Assembly: GCA_963662545.2 (NCBI GenBank)
Contig: CAXXLL010000003.1
Span: 608,001-672,000, forward strand
DNA length: 64,000 bases
Direction: 5' to 3'
Source of the DNA: Gammaproteobacteria bacterium
GTDB taxonomy: Bacteria; Pseudomonadota; Gammaproteobacteria; Ga0077536
Part shown: piece after piece, positions 49,486-60,636 of the stretch
How positions within the stretch are numbered: position 1 is the stretch's first letter
Layout: the number at the start of each line of letters is the position of its first letter
Position numbers and translations under genes: made by a program
Notes under the pieces: generated by a model
The model's input: the letters and a program-made list of their open reading frames with translations, nothing else
The model's database searches: none
What the model was told of the DNA's origin: nothing

Positions 49486-49788
49486 CAGAATTGTCTCCTG
49501 ATAATAACGTTGTCTAGACATACCCTTCGCGGGTAGCGAAGTGGTTATTGGAATTTGTCCGGCGCGGCTGCCTTAGCCGCCGCTTTTACAGACGCACTCC
49601 CAAAGCTCCCCAAAATAGACCGGCCGAATTTGCTTTAGTTTCCATTCGCAACGGAATTATTCTCGAAAACGGGGATCCTCGTCCATGCACCAGGCGCGAT
49701 CGTGCCTATGGGGCCACCCACCGACGGCTCAGGTCCGGCCCGCAGATCGGCGCGCTCGCCGCTAACGGTAGCGAGAAATTGGGCCGAA

Positions 49789-49951
49789 AGAACCTCTGAA
49801 TAAGTCATGGTGCGTCTGAATGGTTCATGCAAATGGTGCAGATCAAGGCACCAATCGCAGGCCATAGCGGGGATTAGGGCTAAGGTTCGTCGGTTAAGGC
49901 TCCGCGATTTCATGGGCCAGGCAAATGGGTCGTGATTTATTCAGAGGTTCG
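49789..49951. mobile_element. MITE family B, copy 2 (inverted, diverged)
   Basis: GAACCTCTGAATAA...TTATTCAGAGGTTC; about 80% identical to the reverse complement of 10891-11052 by manual alignment. Confidence 0.88.
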
Positions 49952-51457
49952 CTAAGGCTCACGACGCGGCCGCATGTGCGGGAACAACAGTACGTCGCGA
50001 ATCGAGGCCGCGTCCGTCAGCAACATGACCAAGCGATCGATGCCAATACCCTCCCCCGCGGCGGGCGGCATGCCATGCTCGAGCGCACGGATGTAGTCGT
50101 CGTCGAAGTGCATGGCCTTGGCATCGCCGCTATCCCGTGCCACGACCTGCTCCCGAAAGCGCTCTGCCTGGTCATCGGGGTCGTTGAGTTCGGAAAAGCC
50201 ATTGGCGATTTCGCGCCCGGCGACGAAGAATTCGAATCGATCGGTAATAAACGGATCGCGATCGCTGCGCCGGGCCAGCGGCGAAACTTCGGCTGGATAT
50301 TCGGTGATGAAAATCGGACCTTTGAGTTTCGGCTCGACCGTTTTCTCGAAAATCTCGATCTGTATCTTACCGAGGCCGTACGACGACTCCAGTGGGATTC
50401 CATGGCGCTCGGCGAGCGCTCTGGCGCGTGCAGGATCTTCAAGTTCCCCCACTTCGACGTCTTCATTGAATGCGAGTATCGACTCGATGACGGTCATTTT
50501 TTCGAAGGGCTTGCCAAAGTCGTAGGTCTCCCCCTGGTATTCAATACGCGTCGTCGCTAATACCTCCGCCGCCACTTCGCGCAGCATCGTCTCGGTCAGA
50601 TCCATGAAATCTTCGTAGTCGGCATAGGCCTCGTAGAATTCGAGCATGGTGAATTCCGGGTTGTGTCGCGTCGACAATCCCTCATTGCGAAAACTTCGAT
50701 TGATTTCGAACACCTTTTCCATGCCGCCGACGACCAGGCGTTTGAGATAGAGCTCCGGCGCGACCCGCAGGAAAAGCGACATATCGAGGCTGTTGTGATG
50801 CGTGACGAAAGGACGCGCCACCGCGCCTCCTGGAATGACCTGCATCATCGGCGTCTCGACTTCGAGGAAACCGCGTTGATTCAGGAATCGCCGAATGCAG
50901 TCAATGATGGCGGAGCGCGTTTGGAATACCTGGCGCGTCTCGTCGCTCATGATCAAATCGAGGTAACGCTGGCGGTAGCGCGTCTCGAGATCCGTCAGTC
51001 CATGCCATTTTTCGGGCAAAGGACGCAGCGCCTTGGTGATCAGGTGAATCTCGTCGGCTAGGATCGAAAGTTCACCCTTTTGAGTGCGGAACATAAGGCC
51101 GCAAGCACCGATGATGTCACCCAGATCCCACTTCTTGAATTCCGCGTACACGGACTCCGTCAAGGAATCGAGCTTGACGTACAACTGGATCTGCCCGCTC
51201 ATGTCCTTGATGTGCGCAAACGAAGCCTTGCCCATCACGCGCTGGGTCATCATGCGCCCCGCAACACGCACGCGAACAGGCTCCGCTTCGAGTTCCTCCG
51301 CGCTGCTATCGGCGAAGCGCGCGGATAGATCGCCCGCGAGCGAATCGCGCCGAAAGTCGTTGGGGTAAGCCTTGCCCATCTCGCGCAGTTGCTGGAGCTT
51401 TGCGCGGCGTTGCGCGATAAGCTGGGCTTCGGTCTTGTGTTCGTCCTTCTTCGGCAT
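49952..51457 (-). CDS. lysS: Lysine--tRNA ligase (class II)
   Basis: [14 protein letters not shown]...[18 protein letters not shown]. Confidence 0.99.
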   Translation of the reverse strand: MPKKDEHKTEAQLIAQRRAKLQQLREMGKAYPNDFRRDSLAGDLSARFADSSAEELEAEPVRVRVAGRMMTQRVMGKASFAHIKDMSGQIQLYVKLDSLTESVYAEFKKWDLGDIIGACGLMFRTQKGELSILADEIHLITKALRPLPEKWHGLTDLETRYRQRYLDLIMSDETRQVFQTRSAIIDCIRRFLNQRGFLEVETPMMQVIPGGAVARPFVTHHNSLDMSLFLRVAPELYLKRLVVGGMEKVFEINRSFRNEGLSTRHNPEFTMLEFYEAYADYEDFMDLTETMLREVAAEVLATTRIEYQGETYDFGKPFEKMTVIESILAFNEDVEVGELEDPARARALAERHGIPLESSYGLGKIQIEIFEKTVEPKLKGPIFITEYPAEVSPLARRSDRDPFITDRFEFFVAGREIANGFSELNDPDDQAERFREQVVARDSGDAKAMHFDDDYIRALEHGMPPAAGEGIGIDRLVMLLTDAASIRDVLLFPHMRPRREP

Positions 51458-51480
51458 GCGGATGATCGATCGCTGTTTAT

Positions 51481-52576
51481 TTAGAGGCCCTGTTTCAGGC
51501 TGGCTTCGATGAAGGGATCGAGCGCGCCATCGAGCACCGCTTGAGTGTTGCCGGTCTCGACGTTGGTGCGCAGATCCTTGATACGCGACTGATCGAGCAC
51601 GTAGGAACGGATTTGACTACCCCAACCAATATCGGCCTTACTGTCCTCGAGCGCCTGTTGTTTCTCTTTGCGCTTCAACATCTCCTGCTCGTACAGGCGC
51701 GCGCGCAGCAGCTTCATGGCCTGGTCTTTGTTCTTGTGCTGCGAGCGTTCATTTTGGCATTGCACGACGATCCCGCTGGGTTGGTGCGTGAGTCGCACGG
51801 CCGAATCGGTTTTGTTCACGTGCTGACCGCCTGCACCGCTGGCACGGTAGGTGTCGATTCGTAAATCCGAGAGCTTGATGTCGATTTCGATATCGTCGTC
51901 GATCTCGGGCGACACGAATACCGAAGCAAAGGAGGTGTGCCGGCGGTTACTCGAATCGAACGGCGACTTGCGCACGAGGCGGTGCACGCCTGTTTCGGTG
52001 CGCAGCCACCCGAAGGCATACTCACCTTCGAACCGGACGGTGGCGCTTTTGATCCCGGCGACCTCACCGTTGGACACTTCGATCATCTCCGTTTTGAAGC
52101 CGCGATTCTCGCCCCAACGCAGATACATTCTGAGCATCATTTCCGCCCAGTCCTGCGCCTCGGTACCGCCCTGGCCGGCCTGGATGTCGATGAAGGCATT
52201 GGCCGCATCCATCTCGCCCGAGAACATGCGCCGAAACTCCAGATCCGCGAGTTGAAGAACCGCTTGATCGAGATCGCTTTCGACCGCCGCCGCCATTTCG
52301 CTGTCGTCTTCGGCTTTGGCGAGTTCGAGTAATTCCCCGGCGTCCTTGACGGTCGACGCCAGGTCTCTCAATGTGTGAATAACCCGTTCCAGTGACGCGC
52401 GTTCGCGGCCGAGGGCCTGGGCACGCTCGGCGTCGTCCCACACGTTGGGGGCCTGGAGTTCCCGTTCGACTTCCTGCAAGCGCTCTTCTTTCGATGCATA
52501 GTCAAAGATACCCCCGTAACGCGTCGATGCGCTGGTGCAAATCCTTGATCATGGTGAAAGCTGCGTTGAGTTCCAT
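51481..52576 (-). CDS. prfB: Peptide chain release factor 2 with programmed +1 frameshift
   Basis: MELNAAF...LRGYL then CTT-TGA-C (52501-52507) preceded by GGGGG; SPF and GGQ motifs. Confidence 0.98.
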
Positions 52577-52595
52577 GGAAGTAAATGGGCCAATA

Positions 52596-52643
52596 GCATC
52601 AGAGTCAATTACTCTGACCCCCTATTAAAATGACTCTGACGCC
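52596..52643. repeat. REP-like element (ACTCTGACCCC type)
   Basis: GCATCAGAGTCA followed by two complementary copies ACTCTGACCCC and TGACTCTGACGCC. Confidence 0.55.
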
Positions 52644-52648
52644 GTAAT

Positions 52649-54385
52649 TCAAATCCTCTCCGCGTAATCGATCACGAGTTGCAGCGTTTCGAGACCGCGA
52701 TAATCATTCACGTCGAGCTTGTACACCGCACGTATCGTTTCGCCTTCGCTAAACCACGATTCCCCCGCTGCCCCGAATGCAATCGCCGCGATCGTCTCTC
52801 CACCGACGGCCGGGCTTAGAACCAGACGCGCGTGACTGCCACCGACGACGCGGCGATCATCGATGCGAAATTCACCGTCGAAACGGGGTTCTGGGAAACT
52901 CTGCCCCCAGGGCGTGACCCGCGCGAGTTCGCGCGCGAGTGCCAGCGAGAATTCGCCGCTTTCTAATTCGCCGTCGGTAGCGATCACGCGGTCGAGCGCA
53001 TCGGCTTCCAAGCGTGATTCGGCTTCATTGACGAACGCGTTTTTGAAAGATTCGAATGCAACGCGTTCGAGAGACAGGCCGGCCGCCATCGCATGGCCAC
53101 CGAAACGCGACAGCAGATCCGGGTTCGCAGTCGCGACCGCGTCCAGGGTATCCCGAATATGCAGGCCCGCTATCGAGCGCGCCGAACCCTTTATAGTCCC
53201 CTGCTCGGCCGGCGCGAACGCGATCGCCGGGCGGTGAAAACGGTCTTTGATGCGCGACGCGACGATACCGACCACGCCTTGGTGCCAGTCGTCCTGGAAT
53301 ACACAGAATGCCGCGGGCAGACTCGTGCCGACGCTGGCCAGAAGGTTCTTCTCGATCTCGGTAAACGCCTGATCCCGCATCGTGTCTTCGACTTCGCGCC
53401 GCTCGCGGTTGAGCCGATCGAGATCGTCGGCGATGGCTGCGCAACGGTCGGGATCGTCGCTCAGGAGACATTCGATACCGACGGACATGTCGGCCATGCG
53501 ACCGGCCGCATTCAGGCGCGGCCCCAGCGCGAATGCGAGGTCGCTCGCCGTGATCCGCGAACGCGTCCGACCGGATGCATCGATCAGTGCTGCGATACCC
53601 GGCTGGCAGCGTCCGGCGCGAATACGGGCAAGTCCCTGCGCGACCAGGCGGCGGTTGTTGTGATCCAGGGCCACGACATCGGCGACTGTTCCGAGCGCGA
53701 CCAGATCGAGCAAATTCGCCAGCTTAGGCTCGGCTATGCCGCGTGCGTCGAACCAGCCCGCACGTCTCAGGCGTGCGCGCAATGCCGACATGACATAGAA
53801 GATCACGCCGACGCCGGCCAGGGCTTTGCTCGCGAACGCGTCCCCCGGCAGGTTGGGATTGACGATGGCGTCGGCCGCGGGAAGTACTCTACCCGGCAGA
53901 TGATGGTCGGTGATCACGACCTGTATGCCGCTCTGTTTCGCGCGCTCGACACCTGCCACGCTCGACATGCCATTGTCGACAGTGATGATCAACGCAGGAT
54001 TTGCTGATTCCGCGAGTTCGACGATCTCTGGCGTCAGGCCGTAACCGTATTCGAAACGGTTGGGGACGAGATACGTGCAATTGCTGGCGCCCATCGCCTT
54101 GAGCGCGCGTAATGCCAACGCCGTGCTGGTCGCACCGTCGGCATCAAAGTCACCGATGACCATGATGAGCTCGCCCGCGGCCATTACCGAGTGAATCAAC
54201 TTTACCGCAGTGTCGATACCGCTGAGCGTATCGGCCTGGATCATGCCCTTGAGTGACGTCTCCAGCAGGCGCCCGTCGGTCACGCCTCGCGCAGCGAGCA
54301 CACGCCGCGTCACGGCGTGCAGATCATCTGGCAGCGCACTGCCATCGTCGTATTCTCGCGCGACGATTCGGGGCGTTTGTATCAC
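52649..54385 (-). CDS. recJ: ssDNA exonuclease RecJ
   Basis: GDFDADG, TVDNG, TDHH, GGHAMAAG; GTG 54385 overlaps the upstream stop. Confidence 0.97.
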   Translation of the reverse strand: MIQTPRIVAREYDDGSALPDDLHAVTRRVLAARGVTDGRLLETSLKGMIQADTLSGIDTAVKLIHSVMAAGELIMVIGDFDADGATSTALALRALKAMGASNCTYLVPNRFEYGYGLTPEIVELAESANPALIITVDNGMSSVAGVERAKQSGIQVVITDHHLPGRVLPAADAIVNPNLPGDAFASKALAGVGVIFYVMSALRARLRRAGWFDARGIAEPKLANLLDLVALGTVADVVALDHNNRRLVAQGLARIRAGRCQPGIAALIDASGRTRSRITASDLAFALGPRLNAAGRMADMSVGIECLLSDDPDRCAAIADDLDRLNRERREVEDTMRDQAFTEIEKNLLASVGTSLPAAFCVFQDDWHQGVVGIVASRIKDRFHRPAIAFAPAEQGTIKGSARSIAGLHIRDTLDAVATANPDLLSRFGGHAMAAGLSLERVAFESFKNAFVNEAESRLEADALDRVIATDGELESGEFSLALARELARVTPWGQSFPEPRFDGEFRIDDRRVVGGSHARLVLSPAVGGETIAAIAFGAAGESWFSEGETIRAVYKLDVNDYRGLETLQLVIDYAERI

Positions 54386-55401
54386 GGTGCACCACCGGCT
54401 ACGGTTTCGATGCCATCCTGCAGGATGGCATCGAGGCTGCGGAACCGGCGCCAGAATCGCCACGGCGTTCGGCGCGTGAGAAAAAACGTATCAGACCGGG
54501 TGCGGATGCGAACCGCGTCGACGCGGCGCGCGGCTAGCGCCGCGAGGGCCGGTTGGAACGCCTCCCGCAGAAAAGCGTCGAGCCCCGAAGTTTCAGTGTC
54601 CAATTCACACACGATTGAAAGCGCACCGCTGTCGAACGCATCCGCGCGTGCCAGATCGAGAATCCGATGGTATTCGACACCGCAATAACGCGCGCAGGCC
54701 GCGACCAGTTCGTCACCGACGACGGACCGCGTACGCGGGGCCGTTCGCTCCGGAGGCTTTCCCAGACCCCAGAACCAGAGGCTGTTGATCGGCCGCTTGC
54801 CGGCGGCTTCTCTTGCGATATTGACGTCGGCCTCATGAAACACCATTTGCGCTTCGGTCATCACGCGATTAAAACGCCCGATACGCCTGACGTCGTCCAG
54901 CTGCGGTTCGATCGCCTGGCCGCGCAGCGATCGCGTCGAGCAGGTCCGGGTTTCGGTAATGCCCGTCGCATTGACGTACCAGCGGGTCGCGGACCGCCCG
55001 CGCTTGAACTGCAAGCCATCACTCTCGAACGCGCGGTTCAGCAATGCGATCAAGGTGTCCGCCTCCGTGCCATTCAGATCGATGGTCTCGGCATCGAACA
55101 GGATGAGGCGCGTGGGATCCGGTCGCAGAAACACCGGATCCGCGCGCAACAGATCCACGGGTACCTCATCCAGATCGAAATCGTAGGCGGCCGTGACGCC
55201 GGCGAGCGCGGGCGCACCCCCCGTAGGTGCGTTCATACCGAACAACCTCAGCACCGCTGCTTCAAAATCGAGCCCGTCGCCCGCGATCCGATCGGCCGTC
55301 AGCAGGCTGCTCGCCATGTTGAGTGCCGAGGTGTCACCGAAAGCACCGGTCCGGCGGATCGCGTCGAGCAGCTTGGGCGCCAGGATCTCGATCGAAGCCA
55401 C
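54382..55401 (-). CDS. Conserved hypothetical protein (phosphoglycerate-mutase-like) upstream of recJ
   Basis: RADPV.L, TEAQM.FH...N..R...G...NSLWFWG motif; start inferred. Confidence 0.75.
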   Translation of the reverse strand: MASIEILAPKLLDAIRRTGAFGDTSALNMASSLLTADRIAGDGLDFEAAVLRLFGMNAPTGGAPALAGVTAAYDFDLDEVPVDLLRADPVFLRPDPTRLILFDAETIDLNGTEADTLIALLNRAFESDGLQFKRGRSATRWYVNATGITETRTCSTRSLRGQAIEPQLDDVRRIGRFNRVMTEAQMVFHEADVNIAREAAGKRPINSLWFWGLGKPPERTAPRTRSVVGDELVAACARYCGVEYHRILDLARADAFDSGALSIVCELDTETSGLDAFLREAFQPALAALAARRVDAVRIRTRSDTFFLTRRTPWRFWRRFRSLDAILQDGIETVAGGAP

Positions 55402-55432
55402 GCGCGACTGCTCTGCTAGCCCACAATAAGCT

Positions 55433-56566
55433 TCAAAGATTGTCGAGAATGGCGCGCTTGACCGCTTCGCTCTCGGCGGGAATTTCAATGACGCTGCCGG
55501 CACTCTGGCGAATGGCCGTGTCGGGATCCTTGAGCCCGTGCCCCGTCAAGGTGCAGGTGACGAGGCTGCCTTCGGGAATCTTGCCGTTCACGATATCCCG
55601 TAACGCCCCCCCTAAGGAAATCGCCGACGCCGGTTCACAGAATATCCCTTCGCGTTCCGCCAGCAGGCGCTGGGTCTCGAGGATCTCATCGTCGGTCAAT
55701 CGATCGAACCAGCCTCCCGATTCACGGCTCGCGGCCCAGGCCAATTCCCAGGACTGCGGTCGCCCGATGCGGATCGCGGTGGCGACGGTATCCGGGTCGT
55801 CGATCATGTCGCCGACAATGAAGGGCGCCGCCCCCGCAGCCTGGTAACCAAGCATCACCGGGCGCGTGTTGGTCACAGCTTCGCTCTCGAACGCGCACGC
55901 CTCCTCGCAGTAGGCGCATGCGGCCGTCGCGGGTTTGACCCCGGCGTACTCGCTGAATCCGGTCCAATAGGCGCTGATATTTCCGGCGTTTCCAACCGGA
56001 ATGCAATGGTAGTCCGGTGCACGGCCGAGCGCGTCGACGATTTCGAAGGCTGCTGTTTTCTGTCCTTGCAGGCGGTAGGGATTGATCGAGTTGACGATCG
56101 TGACCGGCGCCACCTCGGCCATCTCCTTGACGATGCGCATGCCGTCGTCAAAGTTGCCCTGGATCTGGATCACCACCGCGCCTTCTATCATCGCCTGCGC
56201 AAGTTTACCCAGCGCGATGTTACCGCCTGGAATCAGGACGAAAGCACGGATACCGGCGCGCGCGGCATAGGCCGCGGCGGACGCCGAGGTATTCCCGGTC
56301 GATGCACAGATGATCGCTTTGGCGCCTTCGCTCACGGCCTGCGTCACGGCGACAGTCATGCCGCGATCCTTGAACGAACCGGTCGGGTTGAGACCCTCGA
56401 ACTTGGCGTAAATTTCAACCTCGCGCCCGATTTCCGGCGGAATGTTTTCCAGCGCGATGAGTGGGGTATTGCCTTCGCACAAACTGATGACGCGGGCTCC
56501 GGCGGCGAGCGGCAGACGATCCCGGTATCGATCGATGAGCCCCGTATAACGCACGGGTGAATTCAA
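55433..56566 (-). CDS. thrC: Threonine synthase
   Basis: NPTGSFKDRG, ASTGNT, PVGNAGN, TGHGLKDP. Confidence 0.97.
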   Translation of the reverse strand: MNSPVRYTGLIDRYRDRLPLAAGARVISLCEGNTPLIALENIPPEIGREVEIYAKFEGLNPTGSFKDRGMTVAVTQAVSEGAKAIICASTGNTSASAAAYAARAGIRAFVLIPGGNIALGKLAQAMIEGAVVIQIQGNFDDGMRIVKEMAEVAPVTIVNSINPYRLQGQKTAAFEIVDALGRAPDYHCIPVGNAGNISAYWTGFSEYAGVKPATAACAYCEEACAFESEAVTNTRPVMLGYQAAGAAPFIVGDMIDDPDTVATAIRIGRPQSWELAWAASRESGGWFDRLTDDEILETQRLLAEREGIFCEPASAISLGGALRDIVNGKIPEGSLVTCTLTGHGLKDPDTAIRQSAGSVIEIPAESEAVKRAILDNL

Positions 56567-57882
56567 GCAAAACTCTCCATACGGATCCGCGTGATCGCGC
56601 CTTCGATATCCGGCAGTTCAGCAATACCTTCACGCGCCTGATCAATGGACGCTTCGACGACTCGATGGGTGAGGATCACAATCGGTACCGTTGCTTCGCC
56701 AGCATTTGGCTCCTGCTGCACAATGGCTTCGATGCTAATGCGAAGTTCGCCGAGTATTCGCGTGATGTCGGCCAGCACGCCGGGCTGGTCGACCGCACGC
56801 ATGCGCAGGTAATAGGCGCTCTCGACTTCCGACATCGGCAAAATGGGGGTCTCCGTCAGCGCGTCGGGCTGAAACGCGAGATGCGGTACCCGGTTTTCCG
56901 GATCGGCCGTCAAGGCCCGCACCACGTCCACCAGATCCGCAATGACCGAGGAGGCCGTCGGCTCCGCGCCTGCGCCGGCGCCGGACAGCATCATCGGACC
57001 CACGGCGTCGCCACGGATCATCACCGCGTTCATCACGTCGTTGACGTTTGCCAGCATATGCCGATCTGAAATGAGCGTCGGATGCACGCGCAATTCGATG
57101 CCGTTAGCGGTGTTCGCGGCGATGGCCAGGTGCTTGATGCGGTACCCCAAGGCTTCGGCGTAGCGCACGTCTTCTAGCGCAATGTCGCGGATCCCCTCGA
57201 CATACACATCATCGAAGCGCAGCGGAATTCCGAATGCGATCGCGGCGAGGATCGTGAGCTTGTGCGCGGCATCAATGCCGTCGATATCGAAAGAGGGATC
57301 GGCTTCCGCATAACCTAAGGCCTGCGCCTCGCTCAGAACCTCGTCGAAACCGCAACTGCGCTCGCTCATTGCGGTCAACATGTAGTTACAGGTGCCGTTG
57401 ATGATCCCCGCCAGCCATTCGATGGCGTTGCCCGCAAGCGCTTCGCGCACGGTCTTGATGACCGGAATCCCGCCGGCCACCGCGGCTTCGAAGGCGACCA
57501 TCAGTCCCTTGCTCTGGGCGCGCGCGAACACTTCGTTACCATGCAGTGCGATCAGTGCCTTGTTGGCCGTGACGACATGTTTACCGTTATCGAGCGCGCG
57601 CAGCACAAGTTCGCAGGCAGGATCGGTGCCGCCGATCAGTTCCACGATGATCTCGATAGACGGATCCTCGACTACGGCGAACGGATCATCGGTCAGATCG
57701 ATACCGCTTGTATCGGCGGCGCGGGATTTGGTCAGATCCCTCGCGCTCGCGCGAACCACCTCGATGTTGCGTCCGGCGCGTCGCGCTATCTCACTGCCAT
57801 TGCGTTGGAGCACGTTGAGCGTGCCGCAGCCTACGGTACCGAGGCCGAGCACACCGATTCTGACTGGGGGTAAAGTCGCCAT
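56563..57882 (-). CDS. hom: Homoserine dehydrogenase with ACT domain
   Basis: GLGTVG, TANKA, EAAVAGGIP, DAAHK, DQPGVLA. Confidence 0.98.
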   Translation of the reverse strand: MATLPPVRIGVLGLGTVGCGTLNVLQRNGSEIARRAGRNIEVVRASARDLTKSRAADTSGIDLTDDPFAVVEDPSIEIIVELIGGTDPACELVLRALDNGKHVVTANKALIALHGNEVFARAQSKGLMVAFEAAVAGGIPVIKTVREALAGNAIEWLAGIINGTCNYMLTAMSERSCGFDEVLSEAQALGYAEADPSFDIDGIDAAHKLTILAAIAFGIPLRFDDVYVEGIRDIALEDVRYAEALGYRIKHLAIAANTANGIELRVHPTLISDRHMLANVNDVMNAVMIRGDAVGPMMLSGAGAGAEPTASSVIADLVDVVRALTADPENRVPHLAFQPDALTETPILPMSEVESAYYLRMRAVDQPGVLADITRILGELRISIEAIVQQEPNAGEATVPIVILTHRVVEASIDQAREGIAELPDIEGAITRIRMESFA

Positions 57883-57934
57883 TCGGTTTAGTGTGCTGTC
57901 GGTTAAGCTTCTTCAGTTATTCGCGCCATGAATA

Positions 57935-59119
57935 TCAGGCGTCGTCGCAGCGCATTATTTCCCTGATCCCGCGTACCGCCTGTCGCGTCCGATGGGTATT
58001 TTCGATCAGTGCGAAGCGGAGGTACATGTCGCCGTATTCACCGAAGCCGATACCGGGTGAAGCCACCACCTTGGCCTCGGCCAGCAGTTTCTTGGAAAAC
58101 TCGAGCGACCCCAGATGCTGCCAATGTGCGGGGATCCGCGCCCACACAAACATCGTCCCGCGCGGTTTTTCGACCGGCCAGCCCACGGCTATCATACCGT
58201 CGCACAGGACGTCGCGGCGCATCTGGTACATATCCCGGATGTCCGAAACGCATTTCTGTGGACCCTCGAGCGCACTGATCGCCGCGACCTGAATTGGGGT
58301 GAAGGTGCCGTAATCGAGGTATGACTTGATGCGCGCCAGGGCATTCACCAACTTGGCGTTGCCCACCATGAAACCGACCCGCCATCCGGGCATGTTGTAA
58401 CTTTTGGACAGCGAAAAAAATTCCACACAGTGTTCCCGAGCGCCTTCGACCTGCATTATCGAGGGCGCCTTATAGCCGTCGAAAACGAGATCGGCATAAG
58501 CCAGGTCGTGCACCACGTAGATTTCATGTTCGCGGGCAATGCTGACGACCTGCTCGAAGAAATCGAGTTCCACGCATTGCGCGGTCGGATTACTCGGAAA
58601 ATTGAGCAGCAGCATTTTCGGTCGCGGCCAGGAATTGCGGATCGCATTGTTCAGTTCCTGAAAAAAGTCGATGTCAGGGCCGATCGGCACGTGCCGTATG
58701 TCCGCGCCGGCAATGACGAATCCATAAGGATGGATCGGATAAGCGGGGTTCGGCACCAGCACGGCATCGCCACGATCGACCGTCGCCATCGCGAGATGCG
58801 CCAGTCCTTCCTTCGAGCCGATGGTGACGATGGCTTCGGTATCGGCATCGAACTCGACGTTGTAACGCGTGCGATACCAGTTACAAATCGCGCGCCTCAG
58901 CCGCGGTATCCCGCGCGACACCGAATAGCGGTGGGTATCTTCGCGGCGGGCGACTTCGCAGAGCTTATCGACGATATGGCGGGGCGTCGGTTGATCAGGG
59001 TTGCCCATGCCGAAATCGATGATGTCCTCGCCGCGCCGGCGCGCGGCCATCTTGAGCTCGTTGACCTCGTTGAAGACGTAAGGCGGCAGGCGATCGATAC
59101 GGGAGAATCCGGTGTTCAC
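57935..59119 (-). CDS. alaC: Alanine transaminase AlaC (class I aminotransferase)
   Basis: [27 protein letters not shown]; GTG start at 59119 inferred. Confidence 0.92.
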   Translation of the reverse strand: MNTGFSRIDRLPPYVFNEVNELKMAARRRGEDIIDFGMGNPDQPTPRHIVDKLCEVARREDTHRYSVSRGIPRLRRAICNWYRTRYNVEFDADTEAIVTIGSKEGLAHLAMATVDRGDAVLVPNPAYPIHPYGFVIAGADIRHVPIGPDIDFFQELNNAIRNSWPRPKMLLLNFPSNPTAQCVELDFFEQVVSIAREHEIYVVHDLAYADLVFDGYKAPSIMQVEGAREHCVEFFSLSKSYNMPGWRVGFMVGNAKLVNALARIKSYLDYGTFTPIQVAAISALEGPQKCVSDIRDMYQMRRDVLCDGMIAVGWPVEKPRGTMFVWARIPAHWQHLGSLEFSKKLLAEAKVVASPGIGFGEYGDMYLRFALIENTHRTRQAVRGIREIMRCDDA

Positions 59120-59156
59120 GGCAGCATTATGGCGTACAAAAGGCGATAATAAGTCC

Positions 59157-60602
59157 ATGGTCGACAATCTCGAACACGCGCAGTCGAAATTGCTGACGCC
59201 CGTTGGCGTAGGGCTGACTGATCTCGAATCGGTACTGAGCGATCTCTGCGGCCGGCAGGTCGACCTCGCGGATCTCTTCCTGGAAGTAAGCCGGCGGGAA
59301 GTCTGGAGTCTCGAAGACGGCATCGTCAAGGAAGGCGTACACAGCATTCACTACGGCGCGGGCGTGCGCGCGGTCAGCGGGGAGCAGACGGGGTTTGCCT
59401 ATTCGGATGATCTGAGCTTGCCCGCGCTCGCGGAGGCCGCCCGAACGGCCCGCGCGATCACCCGTCAGGGCCAGTCGCGGGCAATCCGAATCGCACCCCT
59501 CACCAACGACCTGCCCGCTTTGTACGCGGCCGACGATCCCCTCGCCGGGACGCCGACCGAGGACAAAATCGCCCTTCTGCGTGAGCTCGACGCCCGCCTA
59601 AGAGCCGCCGACGGGCGTGTAAGAGAAGTGATGGTGGGCTTGAGCGCTCAGCACACCGCTATTTTAGTCGCGACTTCCGACGGCACTATTGCGGGCGACG
59701 TCCGGCCGCTAGTGCGGCTCAATGTAAGCGTCATCGTCGAGCAGAACGGACGGCGTGAAACCGCCACCTATGGCGGCGGCGGCCGCACGGGTTACCAGTC
59801 CCTGTTCGAAGGTGGGCGTCCGTCGGAGATCGCCGACGAGGCACTGCGCCAGGCACTGATCGGCCTCGAAGCGATCGACGCGCCCGCAGGCGAGATGACT
59901 GTCGTTCTCGGGCCGGGCTGGCCCGGTATCCTGTTGCATGAAGCCATCGGTCACGGCCTGGAGGGTGATTTCAACCGCAAGGGCACGTCCGCGTTTTCGG
60001 GCCGGATCGGCGAACGCGTAGCATCGAAGGAATGTACCGTAGTCGACGACGCAACGCTTAAAGACCGGCGCGGTTCGCTCAACGTCGACGACGAAGGCAT
60101 TCCCGGCGAGTGCACGACCCTGATCGAGAACGGACGACTGCGCACCTACATGCAGGATCGCCATAACGCCAAGCTCATGGGTGTCCAACCGACCGGCAAC
60201 GGCCGCAGGCAATCCTATGCTCACCGCCCGATGCCGCGCATGACCAATACCTACATGCTGCCCGGCCCGCACGATCCCCAAGCGATCATCGAAAGCGTGA
60301 AGCGCGGTTTGTACGCCGTCAGCTTCGCGGGCGGCCAGGTCGACATCACCAACGGCAAGTTCGTGTTCAGCGCCAGCGAAGCCTACCTGATTGAGGACGG
60401 CCGCGTAACGGCGCCAGTCAAGGGCGCGACCTTGATCGGCAATGGCCCCGACGTGCTAATGCGCGTTTCGATGGTGGGCGAGGATCTCGCCCTCGACAAC
60501 GGCATCGGCACCTGCGGCAAGGACGGTCAGCAAGTTCCGGTCGGCGTCGGTCAGCCGACCCTGCGCATTGACGAATTGACGGTCGGCGGTACCCAGACCT
60601 AA
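59157..60602 (+). CDS. tldD: Metalloprotease TldD
   Basis: [34 protein letters not shown]. Confidence 0.97.
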   Translation: MVDNLEHAQSKLLTPVGVGLTDLESVLSDLCGRQVDLADLFLEVSRREVWSLEDGIVKEGVHSIHYGAGVRAVSGEQTGFAYSDDLSLPALAEAARTARAITRQGQSRAIRIAPLTNDLPALYAADDPLAGTPTEDKIALLRELDARLRAADGRVREVMVGLSAQHTAILVATSDGTIAGDVRPLVRLNVSVIVEQNGRRETATYGGGGRTGYQSLFEGGRPSEIADEALRQALIGLEAIDAPAGEMTVVLGPGWPGILLHEAIGHGLEGDFNRKGTSAFSGRIGERVASKECTVVDDATLKDRRGSLNVDDEGIPGECTTLIENGRLRTYMQDRHNAKLMGVQPTGNGRRQSYAHRPMPRMTNTYMLPGPHDPQAIIESVKRGLYAVSFAGGQVDITNGKFVFSASEAYLIEDGRVTAPVKGATLIGNGPDVLMRVSMVGEDLALDNGIGTCGKDGQQVPVGVGQPTLRIDELTVGGTQT

Positions 60603-60608
60603 GCGAGA

Positions 60609-60632
60609 GATTCGCGCGCTGGCACGCGAATC
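60609..60632. terminator. Hairpin between convergent tldD and glcD
   Basis: GATTCGCG...CGCGAATC stem; no clear U-tract. Confidence 0.4.
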
Positions 60633-60636
60633 AATG

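Noticed and set aside
59157-60602. TldD as maturation protease of the RiPP
   Set aside because: It lies 10 kb away among housekeeping genes, and the precursor has a Sec signal peptide.
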